Below are positions 9,953-20,117 of a stretch of DNA of 64,000 nt, piece after piece; positions within the stretch are counted from its first letter, which is position 1; each line of letters starts with the position of its first letter. The stretch is from positions 12,757 through 76,756 of the forward strand of contig CAZGVO010000012.1 of assembly GCA_964529175.1 (NCBI GenBank), read 5' to 3'. The DNA comes from an uncultured Bifidobacterium sp. (GTDB lineage Bacteria > Bacteroidota > Bacteroidia > UKL13-3). The position numbers were made by a program, and so were the translations under genes. A model generated the notes under the pieces. It had not been told where the DNA came from. It was given only the letters and a program-made list of their open reading frames with translations, and did not search any database.

Positions 9953-11233
9953 TTACGCTATGCTTTGGGTTTTACGTTTGCTAAAATAGTAAAACATAAT
10001 GATGCCAATCAATATCATAGAAGTAGAAATAAGTTCGGCCTGAGTTGGGTGAAAACCAAAAATGTTATAAGTAGTATTAACCCTTATTTTTTCAATAACA
10101 AAACGCTCAATTCCGTTTATTATCATGTAAAAACTAATTAAGGTTCCTGGTTTGGTAAACTTGGCTCTAAATTTCCAAAGTCCAGCAAACATTAAAATGC
10201 AAACTATGGCTTCATACAAAGCAGTTGGAAAAACAGGGTTTGGTAACATGTAGCAATGTGTGCCTGTGCAATTAGTCATTTGAACACCCGCTTTTATTAC
10301 ATTATTGTGGTAATTAAAACCCCAAAACCAATCGGGTAAAAAGCTAAATCCTTCAAAATAAATGGCTCTAACATTCTGAATTCCACCAAATTCGTGAGCA
10401 TAATAATCACTGTAAAGCGGCAAAACACTCGATTCGAAGTAACCGGGAGCTGCTTTAAACATTTCGCCTGCCGCATTTAAATGGTAAGCCGAGTTAATTA
10501 CACCCCAATCGCCATCGCCACTTAAATGGCAGCCAATACGACCAATTCCGTAAGCTAACATCAATCCTGGAGCTATAGCATCCGAAAGGTGAATGGGGTC
10601 AATTTGATTTTTGCGTGCATAAAAAATGACACTTGCCGCAGCCACAATTAAACCACCATAAAAAGTTAATCCACTAAACGATATGAGGGAATTAATTGGA
10701 TCAGCTATTAGTTCATCAATATTTTCTAAATTATGAAAAATTTTAGCTCCTAAAATGCCCGAAATAGCTGCAATGAATAAAATATTCCACATGTGGTTAT
10801 GCGGATACATTTCTCGAATAACTTCTCTTGGTTCTTTATCGGCTAATTTTTTATTGGCTGCATAAATGGTGTAATAGCCATACGCACCACCAATAATTAA
10901 ACCTACAAAACTGCCTTGCATTGATAAAATAAAATCTTGCGGATTTTGAACCAACGAATCATAATTGGTTAATGCTTCAAAAAATTTGAAACCAATAAAC
11001 GACCATGAAAGAATGGCAAAAAAAGTTTCAGTTGAGCTGGCTTTTTTATCAACCCAAACTGTGGTTTTGGTTGGGCTTAATAAACCTAAACCTTCGCGTC
11101 TTTTTAACTCGTTAACGGCAGTAATAAAAGCGCCTGCAAACGATAATCCAAGCATTAAACCAAAGGTTTGAATAGGCAATGGAATGTTTAAACCAAAAAG
11201 GTCTCTTAATAAATCACTTAACGATGCGTACAT
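9953..11233 (-). CDS. lgt: prolipoprotein diacylglyceryl transferase
   Basis: Polytopic membrane protein with Lgt signature AYGIGRIGCHLSGDGDWG. Long Bacteroidota-type form. Confidence 0.6.
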   Translation of the reverse strand: MYASLSDLLRDLFGLNIPLPIQTFGLMLGLSFAGAFITAVNELKRREGLGLLSPTKTTVWVDKKASSTETFFAILSWSFIGFKFFEALTNYDSLVQNPQDFILSMQGSFVGLIIGGAYGYYTIYAANKKLADKEPREVIREMYPHNHMWNILFIAAISGILGAKIFHNLENIDELIADPINSLISFSGLTFYGGLIVAAASVIFYARKNQIDPIHLSDAIAPGLMLAYGIGRIGCHLSGDGDWGVINSAYHLNAAGEMFKAAPGYFESSVLPLYSDYYAHEFGGIQNVRAIYFEGFSFLPDWFWGFNYHNNVIKAGVQMTNCTGTHCYMLPNPVFPTALYEAIVCILMFAGLWKFRAKFTKPGTLISFYMIINGIERFVIEKIRVNTTYNIFGFHPTQAELISTSMILIGIIMFYYFSKRKTQSIA

Positions 11234-11259
11234 GAAGGTTTAGGTTTAATTTTTATAAA

Positions 11260-12150
11260 TTATTTTGATTTTAAAGTTAGGTAACCAATTAGTTTATAAA
11301 CCAATTTGGCCATGGTATATTCGGTTAAAATATTGCCTTTTACTGGTGCAATTTCTACCACATCAAAACCAACAATATTTTTAGTAGCAATTACTTTTTT
11401 CAAAAATTGAATGGTTTCGTTCCATTGCATTCCGTTAGGCTCGGCAGTTCCAACAGCAGGTACAATGCTTGGGTCAAAACCATCAGCATCAATGCTAATA
11501 TAAACGTTTTCGCCAAGTGTAGCCAATGCCTCATCTGCCCAATTTGGGTTATTGCGAATTTGGTGAGCATAAAAAGTATGTATATGGCTCGATTCTTTAA
11601 TTAAATTAGCTTCTTCAATGCATTGAGCTCTAATTCCAATTTGGGTTAAAGGAACGCCTAATTCTTGCACACGGTACATAACACTTGCATGGCTGTAAGG
11701 ATTATCGTTATAACTTTCGCGTAAATCGCTATGCGCATCAATTTGTAATACATGCACATTTGGCGTTTTAGCTTTTACCGCTTTTACACAACCTAAACTA
11801 ATAGTATGTTCTGCACCTAAAGTAACCGGAAATTTATTATCGCTAATTAATTTAGCAGTTTCTTCTTCAATTAATTTTACTGCTTTTGCATCTACTTTGT
11901 TTTTAAAATCCATAGGATGCAAAGTGCAAATGCCACCCAATTTGTAACTTTCTTGGTCTAACTCTTCATCAAAAAGCTCTACATATTGGCTAGCTTTAAT
12001 AATAGCAGCCGGGCCTTTATCTGAGCCACTTAAGTAACTTGAAGTGTATTCGTAAGGAGCTGATTGAATTACATATTTTGAGTTTTTGTAGGTGCAAAAC
12101 TCTTCTTCGGCTATGGCTAAAAAGTTTTTTTTATGGTTGTAAAATTTCAT
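11260..12150 (-). CDS. arginase-family hydrolase (agmatinase/formimidoylglutamase-like)
   Basis: Mn-binding motifs DAHSDLR, SIDADGFDP, GFDVVE. Start moved to the internal MKFYNHKK (track ORF extends to 12246, overlapping map). Confidence 0.75.
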   Translation of the reverse strand: MKFYNHKKNFLAIAEEEFCTYKNSKYVIQSAPYEYTSSYLSGSDKGPAAIIKASQYVELFDEELDQESYKLGGICTLHPMDFKNKVDAKAVKLIEEETAKLISDNKFPVTLGAEHTISLGCVKAVKAKTPNVHVLQIDAHSDLRESYNDNPYSHASVMYRVQELGVPLTQIGIRAQCIEEANLIKESSHIHTFYAHQIRNNPNWADEALATLGENVYISIDADGFDPSIVPAVGTAEPNGMQWNETIQFLKKVIATKNIVGFDVVEIAPVKGNILTEYTMAKLVYKLIGYLTLKSK

Positions 12151-12170
12151 TTTATCTAAAAATATTGTTG

Positions 12171-12962
12171 TTAAAAAATACTGGTTGGAATAGGAAACTC
12201 GTTGTTGATATCGGTTAAAACCAAAGGAGTTGAAGCGGTAATACAAATGGTGTGTTCAAACTGAGCCGATAATTTACCATCAATAGTTCTGGCAGTCCAT
12301 TTGTCTTTTTTATCTACTTTAGCTCTTGCTTTTCCTGCATTTATCATAGGTTCAATGGTAAATGTCATTCCTGGAACCATTTCTGGTCCTAAATCTTCAG
12401 TTCTGCAATGGCCAACTTCGGGTTCTTCGTGAAATTTAATACCAACACCATGTCCGCAAAATTCGTAAACAACTGAATAACCAAATGCACTTACATATTT
12501 ATCAATGGCATTGCCAATAAAACCAATTCTATTACCCGCTTTGCATTGGCCAATGCCAATAGCCAAACTTTCTTTGGTTACATCAATTAATTTTTGAGCA
12601 TACTCACTCACTTGGCCCACAGTAAACATTTTTGAAGTATCGCCATAATAACCATTTAAAATAGTGGTAACATCAATGTTTAAAATATCGCCATCGCGCA
12701 ATATGTAAGGTCCTGGAATTCCATGGCAAATTACATCATTAACAGAAATACAAGTTTCTGCAGGATAACCTCTGTAGCCCAAAGTAGCCGGAATGGCTTT
12801 GTTATCGCGCATAAATTGGTTGCAAATATCGTTTAGGTATTTGGTAGTTACCCCTGTTTTTACAAATGGAGCCACTGTTTCTAATGTTTTGGCTGCCAAT
12901 ATAGAACTGGCTTTAATTCCCTCTATTTGTTCAGGAGTTTTTATAATTATTTTCTTCGACAC
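12171..12962 (-). CDS. map: type I methionine aminopeptidase
   Basis: Full-length pita-bread fold with metal ligands; motif FCGHGVGIKFHEEP. Confidence 0.9.
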   Translation of the reverse strand: MSKKIIIKTPEQIEGIKASSILAAKTLETVAPFVKTGVTTKYLNDICNQFMRDNKAIPATLGYRGYPAETCISVNDVICHGIPGPYILRDGDILNIDVTTILNGYYGDTSKMFTVGQVSEYAQKLIDVTKESLAIGIGQCKAGNRIGFIGNAIDKYVSAFGYSVVYEFCGHGVGIKFHEEPEVGHCRTEDLGPEMVPGMTFTIEPMINAGKARAKVDKKDKWTARTIDGKLSAQFEHTICITASTPLVLTDINNEFPIPTSIF

Positions 12963-13111
12963 AGTATAAAAATGCTTTCTAAATTTTCGGCTGCAAAGTA
13001 AAGTAATTTATAGGCTAATCCAATCATAAGTTTGGTCTGCTTTTTATAAATTGTATTAAATAATTGCTTGGCAATAAATAACCAATTATGTTTGTTTTAA
13101 ATTCTATTTTT

Positions 13112-14263
13112 ATGAAAAACAAAATACAAAAATTTTTAGGTTTGGCTAGCTTGGCAGTTTTAAGCAATCAGGCCATTGCCCAAAACGATGTTTCTAGCTT
13201 TATTCGCGCGGGTAAAGACGAAGCTAATAAACTAGTTGGAGCTTATTTACAGCCTGTTACGCGTGGATTGGCTAGTGGTGTAAATGATGCTTGGTACAGC
13301 ACAGCAAAACCTCTGGGATTGTTGGGTTTTGATATTAGAATGGGAGTAGGAGGGTCGTTTGTTAGAGATGACTCAAAAACTTTTACTTTAAACGGTATTG
13401 GTACAAGTACAGATCCTAATAGTCAAGTATTATTAACTCCTGTGGGTGGAACTAGCGATACCAAACAACCAACTATAGCAGGCGATGGTTCAAGTACACG
13501 TTTTGCAGTTTCGGTTTTAAATCCATCCAGTATTGGTCCGCAACGTATTTATACTGATACCATTGCGGCATTCGAAGGTAAAAATAGTCCAATTTCGTTT
13601 GGGGCAATGCCATTTTTGCAAGTTAGTTTGGGTTTATTTAAAAATACTGAAGTAATGGTTAGGGTTTTGCCTATTCAAAGTGGTGATTTTGCTTCTAGTG
13701 GCTTTGGTTTTGGGGTAAAACATTCTATTTCGCAATGGATTTGGGGAGTAGAAAAGTTACCAATTGATATTTCAGGATTATTTACATTTACAAACAATGC
13801 TTTAGAACTTTCATTTGGAGATAATTATTTAAAAGCCAATGGTGACCCTGGTTCACTTTCTGACAGTGAGTATAAAAATTCTCAAAAATTAAGCATTAAC
13901 AATAAAGGTTACCAAGTAGGGTTAATTGTTTCAAAAAAATTAGCATTTTTCACACCATATTTAGGCATTACTCAAAACAGTGCTACAACTGAAATTGGTA
14001 TGAAAGGTTATTATCCAGTAAGGTCAGTAAGGTTAAATAGTACCACTAATTTACCCGAAAATTATATTGAAAATGTAAAAGATCCAGTAAATTTAAGTAG
14101 TACAGTTTCTTCGTTAAGAACGGCTTTAGGGTTAAGATTTAAAATGGGCCCAATCGTATTAGGCGCTGAGTATAATCATGCGTTTTCTGCAGAACAATTC
14201 AATACTTTCAATGCTACATTTGCTATCAATATTCAGCAGTTAGCTCCAATTCCTAAATTATAA
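13112..14263 (+). CDS. hypothetical outer-membrane (beta-barrel-like) protein
   Basis: Signal peptide MKNKIQKFLGLASLAVLSNQAIAQ (start moved from 13088). Gly/Ser-rich alternating pattern, C-terminal aromatic-rich end. Confidence 0.45.
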   Translation: MKNKIQKFLGLASLAVLSNQAIAQNDVSSFIRAGKDEANKLVGAYLQPVTRGLASGVNDAWYSTAKPLGLLGFDIRMGVGGSFVRDDSKTFTLNGIGTSTDPNSQVLLTPVGGTSDTKQPTIAGDGSSTRFAVSVLNPSSIGPQRIYTDTIAAFEGKNSPISFGAMPFLQVSLGLFKNTEVMVRVLPIQSGDFASSGFGFGVKHSISQWIWGVEKLPIDISGLFTFTNNALELSFGDNYLKANGDPGSLSDSEYKNSQKLSINNKGYQVGLIVSKKLAFFTPYLGITQNSATTEIGMKGYYPVRSVRLNSTTNLPENYIENVKDPVNLSSTVSSLRTALGLRFKMGPIVLGAEYNHAFSAEQFNTFNATFAINIQQLAPIPKL

Positions 14264-14287
14264 TTTTTAGACATAAATTTACTTTGG

Positions 14288-14324
14288 AAAAGGCTGCTTG
14301 AATTAATTCAAACAGCCTTTTTTT
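14288..14324 (+). terminator. rho-independent terminator
   Basis: aaaggctg-cttgaattaattcaaa-cagccttt followed by T7; abuts the next start codon. Confidence 0.65.
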
Positions 14325-14687
14325 ATGATGAAAGATATTAATGCAGAAAACGATATTGATTTATTGGTAACCCTATTTTACGATAAAATTAAAGCCAATA
14401 CTAATTTAGCTCCATTTTTTGCCAGCACCAATTGGGAGCATCACTTGCCTCGTATGAAAGAATTTTGGTATTTTATTTTACTAGATAAACCGGGTTTTAG
14501 AGGTAATATTTACGATTCGCACAGTAATAGAGGCATAAAAGCACCTCATTTCGATATTTGGATTGAACTTTTTTGTGAAACAATCAATGAAAATTTTGAA
14601 GGGGAAGTAGCAACCAAAGCCATTAACAAGGCTAAAGAATTGGCCATGCTATTTAGCTGGAAATTAACTGAAACCGAAGGAAAATAG
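14325..14687 (+). CDS. truncated (2/2) haemoglobin-family protein
   Basis: 120 aa; helical globin-like pattern (LFYDKI…PFF…HLPRMKEFW…HF.IW). Confidence 0.55.
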   Translation: MMKDINAENDIDLLVTLFYDKIKANTNLAPFFASTNWEHHLPRMKEFWYFILLDKPGFRGNIYDSHSNRGIKAPHFDIWIELFCETINENFEGEVATKAINKAKELAMLFSWKLTETEGK

Positions 14688-14750
14688 TTGTTTTAAAATT
14701 AACATAAACTTTTGTAAGAAAATCAGTATGTTAGCACCAAATTTTAAAGT

Positions 14751-15866
14751 TTGGTAAAATCAGTACGCTATATTGTTTTCATTTTGGTATTAGGCTATTA
14801 TGGTAAAATAATGGCACAACCAACTGTGTTGGGAACCGATGTGGCAACTTATCCAACTTATACTACCAATGCCTTAAGTACTTTTGGTAAATTAAGACAG
14901 TTTAGGGTTCAAGCTTCTGCAAATGCAGCAAGTGGTCAAGTTAAATGGGAGTTTGTAACAGGAACTGTTGGTTTTCCTAATTACAGCACCAATTGGCGCC
15001 CATATATTGGAGGGTTAACACTTTTTGGTTTCGATTCTATTATTTATCCTCATGCTGCAGCTGCTACTGCTTATGCAGCTGCCCAGTTAAATACCTCATT
15101 TGGTGGTACGGGTGGTTTTTTACCAGCGGTTACCAATGGTAATTACTATACTTTTAATATTGGCGATTCAGTTGGTAACAATTATATGGCTGTTTGGGAA
15201 ACTACCTTTAACCCAACTTTACTTTCAGTAGTTACTCAAAACCCAACTGTGGTTTGCGATGGTGGTGATTCTGTTTCGGTAAATGTTACTGCTAATCAGG
15301 CTTTAAATGGAAGCGAAAATGCTTATTTACGTTATTCATTAACCAATAATTTTACTTCATCAAATTTGGTGCAGTTAAACTTTACAGGAACTAATGGAGT
15401 GGCTAAAATTCCAATACCAGCGGCCTCTAATTCAATTTACTTTTATGTATTTACCTCAAAGTATAGTTTAGCAAAACTTGCGCCAAGTGGTATAGTGAAC
15501 GAACGTTATTGCGATTTAAGTTCATTAAGTATCAACAACAATAGCAATAGCAACTATAGTTTTACTGTAATAAGTGCCACTTTACCTTCAACAGCATTTA
15601 ATGTTACTGACTTGTGTGTGGGTTTGCCAACCACTTTTAATAATACTTCTGCTATTTCTTCCGGTAGTATCAGTTCTTATGCTTGGTCGTTTGGCGATGG
15701 AAACACTTCTACATCAAGTGCAAGTTCTTTTTCAAAAACCTATAATGCTGTAGGAACTTATGCCGTTTCACTTACAGCAACTAGTAATCTTGGTTGTCAA
15801 AAAACTGTTAATCAGAATATTGTAATTAACTCATTACCAGTGGTAAATTCAATAAATGCGAACTAA
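14751..15866 (+). CDS. secreted PKD-domain surface protein
   Basis: TTG start with signal peptide. PKD signature SYAWSFGDGNTSTS. Ends …SLPVVNSINAN. Confidence 0.55.
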   Translation: MVKSVRYIVFILVLGYYGKIMAQPTVLGTDVATYPTYTTNALSTFGKLRQFRVQASANAASGQVKWEFVTGTVGFPNYSTNWRPYIGGLTLFGFDSIIYPHAAAATAYAAAQLNTSFGGTGGFLPAVTNGNYYTFNIGDSVGNNYMAVWETTFNPTLLSVVTQNPTVVCDGGDSVSVNVTANQALNGSENAYLRYSLTNNFTSSNLVQLNFTGTNGVAKIPIPAASNSIYFYVFTSKYSLAKLAPSGIVNERYCDLSSLSINNNSNSNYSFTVISATLPSTAFNVTDLCVGLPTTFNNTSAISSGSISSYAWSFGDGNTSTSSASSFSKTYNAVGTYAVSLTATSNLGCQKTVNQNIVINSLPVVNSINAN

Positions 15867-16662
15867 AAAAATTAATAATAATACTATGAACAACAAATTT
15901 ACTTTTAAATCACTACTGTTTTTAGCTTTTACTTTATTGGCTTTTATGGCCAATGCTCAAAAGAAAATGTGGTCAGGAAATAGTTATAACTTTACCATTA
16001 ACTCAGCTACCAATGCATCTTCTTCTATTTTATGGACAGAAACATCGGTGCCAGTTGGTTTAACCCCAGGAACTGCAACAATTGGTGGAACCAGAGGTTC
16101 ATCGTACACCAATACATTTACCAATAGTACTGCTACTTCTAAATCATGTTCACTTTCTGTTGCCGAAACAGTTAATAGCTGTACTACCACTAATACTTTA
16201 GGTTTAGAAGTTTTTGCTACACCCACTTTTACTGCTAATTCACTATTAACTTATTGTTTTAGCCAAGCTACTGCACCAGGTACATTAAATGCTGTTGTTG
16301 CAAATTTTTCAGATATAAAAAGCATTACGGGAAATGGAAATAATTTTACTTTAAGCTATCAATTATACGATAATTCAAATGCAGTTGTGGCTGGTACAAG
16401 TGGTACGTTAACATTGGCAGCAGGTCCTTTGGCTTCAAGCGGCACCGTGTCATTAAGTGCAGGTCAGTTAAGCACTTTGTATGCTGCTTTAAATAGCCAA
16501 GCAGCAGGTACTTATACTTTAAAAATATATGGTTTTAGTACGCCATTAACTCCTACTTCAACCGAAGCAGGAGCGGTTAGTGCTATTGTAGCTTCGCCAA
16601 TTACTATCCAATCATTTTTAATCAATGCTTTGCCTGTAGCTAATCCAATTATAGCTAACTAA
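15856..16662 (+). CDS. secreted S/T/N-rich surface protein
   Basis: Own signal peptide MNNKFTFKSLLFLAFTLLAFMANAQ. Ends …ALPVANPIIAN, a near-copy of the upstream protein's tail. Confidence 0.45.
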   Translation: MRTKKINNNTMNNKFTFKSLLFLAFTLLAFMANAQKKMWSGNSYNFTINSATNASSSILWTETSVPVGLTPGTATIGGTRGSSYTNTFTNSTATSKSCSLSVAETVNSCTTTNTLGLEVFATPTFTANSLLTYCFSQATAPGTLNAVVANFSDIKSITGNGNNFTLSYQLYDNSNAVVAGTSGTLTLAAGPLASSGTVSLSAGQLSTLYAALNSQAAGTYTLKIYGFSTPLTPTSTEAGAVSAIVASPITIQSFLINALPVANPIIAN

Positions 16663-16669
16663 ATTTTAG

Positions 16670-17701
16670 TTGAAAATAAAACCTCACATATTATTCCTTA
16701 TTTTAGGGTTATTTTATTTTTCCAATTGCTTTTCGCAATACATTGATACTGCCTGTGTTGGTGAGAAAAATGTAAGGTATAAAGTAACTTTAAATGCTGG
16801 TTCTAACTATAATTGGTTGGTTACTGGAGGAACTATTGTTAATGGACAAGGAACTAATGACATTGGGGTAGATTGGGGAACTACAGCTGGGGTTTTTCAA
16901 ATTTCGGTTACTGAAACCAATGCAGCTAATTGTGTGGGCGATGAAGCAATAGCTAAAGTTTTAATTGAAGATAAACCAATTATTACTATTTCTGGTCCTG
17001 ACTCCATTTGTAAAGACCAAAAATTTGCCTTACAATCTTTTGGTGCTACCAATTATACTTGGAGCAACGGAAATGCTGGCAATGCCATTTTTGAGGTAGC
17101 CACAGCTTCTACTAATTATTTTGTTATAGGAACCAACTTAGCTTGCGCAAGCGATACCGCATTTAAAAAGGTAACCGTTGTGCCTAAACCTAATCCAGTT
17201 TTTACTGCAAATCCCCCAATTGATTGGATACGAAATGAAGAAGTAGTGTTTTCAACTAACGACACTTCCATACGCAAATGGGTTTGGGAAATTAATGCTG
17301 AAAATATGGGAATTAATAAACCTTCTTTTGGCCATGTATTTGAAAATACAGGATTTTATCAAGTAGTTTTATCAGCATATAACAGTTTTAATTGTGTTGA
17401 TACTTTTTCTATTTCTAGGTTTGTTTACAATAAGCTAAATTTTTATGTTCCAACTGCTTTTACACCAAACAATGATAATTTAAACGATTTTTTTGAACCA
17501 ATTGGCGCCAATTTTAAATCGTATTATATGCAAATTTACGACCACTTAGGAGGTTTGGTTTACCAAGGAACAGATAAAGGTTGGGATGGAAATTATGATG
17601 GTTACCAAGCAGCTTCGGGCAATTATACTTACATCATTACCATTACTGGTTTAAATGGAAGTAAAAAAGCCGTTGATGGCAACGTGGTATTGGTGAGGTA
17701 A
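16670..17701 (+). CDS. T9SS type B (gliding motility-associated) C-terminal domain protein
   Basis: Signal peptide. C-terminal YVPTAFTPNNDNLNDFFEP…GWDGNYDGYQAASGNYTYIITI matches the TIGR04131-type CTD. Confidence 0.6.
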   Translation: MKIKPHILFLILGLFYFSNCFSQYIDTACVGEKNVRYKVTLNAGSNYNWLVTGGTIVNGQGTNDIGVDWGTTAGVFQISVTETNAANCVGDEAIAKVLIEDKPIITISGPDSICKDQKFALQSFGATNYTWSNGNAGNAIFEVATASTNYFVIGTNLACASDTAFKKVTVVPKPNPVFTANPPIDWIRNEEVVFSTNDTSIRKWVWEINAENMGINKPSFGHVFENTGFYQVVLSAYNSFNCVDTFSISRFVYNKLNFYVPTAFTPNNDNLNDFFEPIGANFKSYYMQIYDHLGGLVYQGTDKGWDGNYDGYQAASGNYTYIITITGLNGSKKAVDGNVVLVR

Positions 17702-17707
17702 TTACTA

Positions 17708-19063
17708 TTAAATTTCTTCTAAAGAAACAATTTTCTCAGGATTTTCAGCCGCAAATGCAGCAATTTGATTAATCATAAAAAAGTTCTCTTTGTATTTTTT
17801 TATAAAATGAATAACCTCATCAATATTATCTTGAGGCACTTCATTTGGCACATAGCCCATACCAATTAATTTGCCTTTACTTACATAAATAGCCGAATAT
17901 TCATTTCTGTTGCGGCCTTTATCTACAATTAAAAAGCTTTCTTTGTTGCTTAATTGCACTATCAAATCGTTCACTTTTGCATTGTATTCAAAAACAGTTT
18001 CCATTTTTTTACAAGCGCAATTTTCGTCAATACAATTTTTTTGAATACCGCAAAATTGTGGGCATAAATCAAAAATGGTAGCCATTTGTTTCACATGTTC
18101 AATTGCTTCGGTTTTGGAACTATATTCCAATAAAGGTTTGGCATGCCTATGTTTACCAATAATTTCAATACCTAGCCTAATCAAGCCATTTCTATCTTGG
18201 TAATCATATAAGCCATATTTGGCATCATATCGTTTTTGAGCTTTGTTAAACTCAGGCCAATGTTGTTTTATCTCGTGCGATTCGAGTAATAATGCCATTA
18301 ATTCCGTGGCAGTTTCCTCGTGGGAAATGCTGTGTATTTCTCTTAAAAAATCTTGCCTTTGTTTGTTAGCCGAGTTGTTTGAAAAATGGCTGCTTACACG
18401 GCTTTTTATATTAACTGCTTTGCCCACATATACTACTTTTCCATCGTGGTTATGAAAATAATAAATGCCTGGTTTGCTTGGCAATTTTTCGAATTGCTCT
18501 CTGGGTAAATTTGGCGGCAAAACTTGCTCTTTAGAGCCCTTTTTGAGCATTTTATCTATTTCGCCACTATGGTCTTCCGAAAGTAATATTTCAAAAAGTT
18601 TAACAGTGGCTGCTGCATCGCCTTTGGCTCTATGCCTAGCATACATAGGAATATTTAAATAACCACATAAATTTCCTAAACTATAACTGGCATAACCTGG
18701 AATAATTTTTCGGCTAAGCCTTACTGTGCAAAGTTTATTGGTATTAAGCTGATAACCGCAAGTTTGTAATGAATGTTTGATAAACGAATAGTCAAAGTTT
18801 ACATTATGAGCCACAAAAATATTGCCTTTAAGCAGTTGGTAAATTTCATCGGCTACTTGGCTAAATGGAGGCGCATCGGCTACCATTTTGTTACTAATTC
18901 CGGTTAATGATTCAATATAACGAGGAATTTCAACTCCCGGGTTAATTAATGTTTCGTACTCATTTACAACCTTTTCTCCATCAAAAATAAAAATACAAAT
19001 TTCTGTAATTCCATTGGTTGATGCATGTCCACCGGTTGTTTCAATATCTACTATTGCATACAT
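17708..19063 (-). CDS. DnaQ-like 3'-5' exonuclease fused to a GIY-YIG nuclease domain
   Basis: Exo motifs AIVDIETTGG, FVAHNVNFDYSF, HRAKGDAAAT; GIY-YIG GIYYFHNHDGKVVYVGKA. Confidence 0.8.
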   Translation of the reverse strand: MYAIVDIETTGGHASTNGITEICIFIFDGEKVVNEYETLINPGVEIPRYIESLTGISNKMVADAPPFSQVADEIYQLLKGNIFVAHNVNFDYSFIKHSLQTCGYQLNTNKLCTVRLSRKIIPGYASYSLGNLCGYLNIPMYARHRAKGDAAATVKLFEILLSEDHSGEIDKMLKKGSKEQVLPPNLPREQFEKLPSKPGIYYFHNHDGKVVYVGKAVNIKSRVSSHFSNNSANKQRQDFLREIHSISHEETATELMALLLESHEIKQHWPEFNKAQKRYDAKYGLYDYQDRNGLIRLGIEIIGKHRHAKPLLEYSSKTEAIEHVKQMATIFDLCPQFCGIQKNCIDENCACKKMETVFEYNAKVNDLIVQLSNKESFLIVDKGRNRNEYSAIYVSKGKLIGMGYVPNEVPQDNIDEVIHFIKKYKENFFMINQIAAFAAENPEKIVSLEEI

Positions 19064-19130
19064 ATAAGGTTGTAATATTAATTAATAAATTTCAAAAAAA
19101 TAGTAGTATTTAAAACAAATTATGAGCATA

Positions 19131-19166
19131 AAAAAACCTTCTAAGTTAAATTTAGAAGGTTTTTAA
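19131..19166 (-). terminator. rho-independent terminator (bidirectional hairpin)
   Basis: aaccttctaa-gttaaat-ttagaaggtt flanked by A and T runs; downstream of the cyanophycinase gene on the minus strand. Confidence 0.65.
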
Positions 19167-19185
19167 TTATTTGATTATAATACAA

Positions 19186-20067
19186 TTATGCTTTTGCATG
19201 TGCTTCGTGAGCATTGGGTAAAAACTTACGTTCTTTAAGCAAATAGCCATTTCCTTTTACCAAAATATTTACTTTAATATTTTCAATGCAAATAGGTGAG
19301 CTTTCGCTTACATCGGTAATGTTAGAGAATTTAATATCTCGTCCATCTACAATTACCACAGCACCGCTTCCTATTACTTCTAAATAATTATTATCAATAA
19401 CAATTACTCCAGTATCTTCTCCAAGTCCTATACCTGTGCATTGCGGATTACTTGCAACTGCTTGGGCTAGTCGGTTAAAACGCCCACGTTTATCAAAATG
19501 CGAATCGATAATTACATTTGGAATAAAAGCTAAACCTGTAGTAATTTTTACTTCGCCTTTTAAATGAGCCAACTCGCTTTTTCCGCTATAAATCATGGTA
19601 TTACTCATAGCCATTGCACCAGCACTTGTTCCTGCTATTACAAAACTCTTTTCAGCATAATACCTATCGTGCAAAACTTGGTAAATTTCGGTTCCACCAA
19701 AAATACTGGTTAAGCGCAATTGGTCTCCACCCGAAAACAAAATACCATCGCATTCTTTTACACGCTGAATATATTCTGGGTTTTGCACATCTTCACGGTT
19801 ACGAATATTCATAACGCCTGCTTTTTTGCAACCTATTTTGCCAAATGCATCTATATAATTTTGTCCTACCTCTTGCGGAATAGAAGAAGCAGTAGTTATT
19901 ACTTCAATTTTTTTATCTGATCCGCCAACTTCTTCAACAAATCTTTTTAAAATAGCTAAGCTAAAAAAGTTTAAACTTTTTACTGAGTGCCCATATCCAT
20001 TTTCTGGTTCAGTGCCTTTATCTTCAGCACCTCCAATAGATATAAGTTTTCCTTTTGGTGTATTCAA
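19186..20067 (-). CDS. cphB: cyanophycinase (peptidase S51)
   Basis: IGGAEDKG N-terminus, catalytic serine in GTSAGA, overall S51 layout. Confidence 0.7.
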   Translation of the reverse strand: MNTPKGKLISIGGAEDKGTEPENGYGHSVKSLNFFSLAILKRFVEEVGGSDKKIEVITTASSIPQEVGQNYIDAFGKIGCKKAGVMNIRNREDVQNPEYIQRVKECDGILFSGGDQLRLTSIFGGTEIYQVLHDRYYAEKSFVIAGTSAGAMAMSNTMIYSGKSELAHLKGEVKITTGLAFIPNVIIDSHFDKRGRFNRLAQAVASNPQCTGIGLGEDTGVIVIDNNYLEVIGSGAVVIVDGRDIKFSNITDVSESSPICIENIKVNILVKGNGYLLKERKFLPNAHEAHAKA

Positions 20068-20117
20068 TGGTACAATTTTTAAGTGAGAAAACTAAAATCC
20101 CCCCGATTGTTTTTTAA

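Noticed and set aside
14751-17701. Idea that the three surface-protein ORFs are one frameshifted pseudogene
   Set aside because: Each ORF begins with its own plausible signal peptide and the junctions contain clean stop codons. They are treated as three genes.
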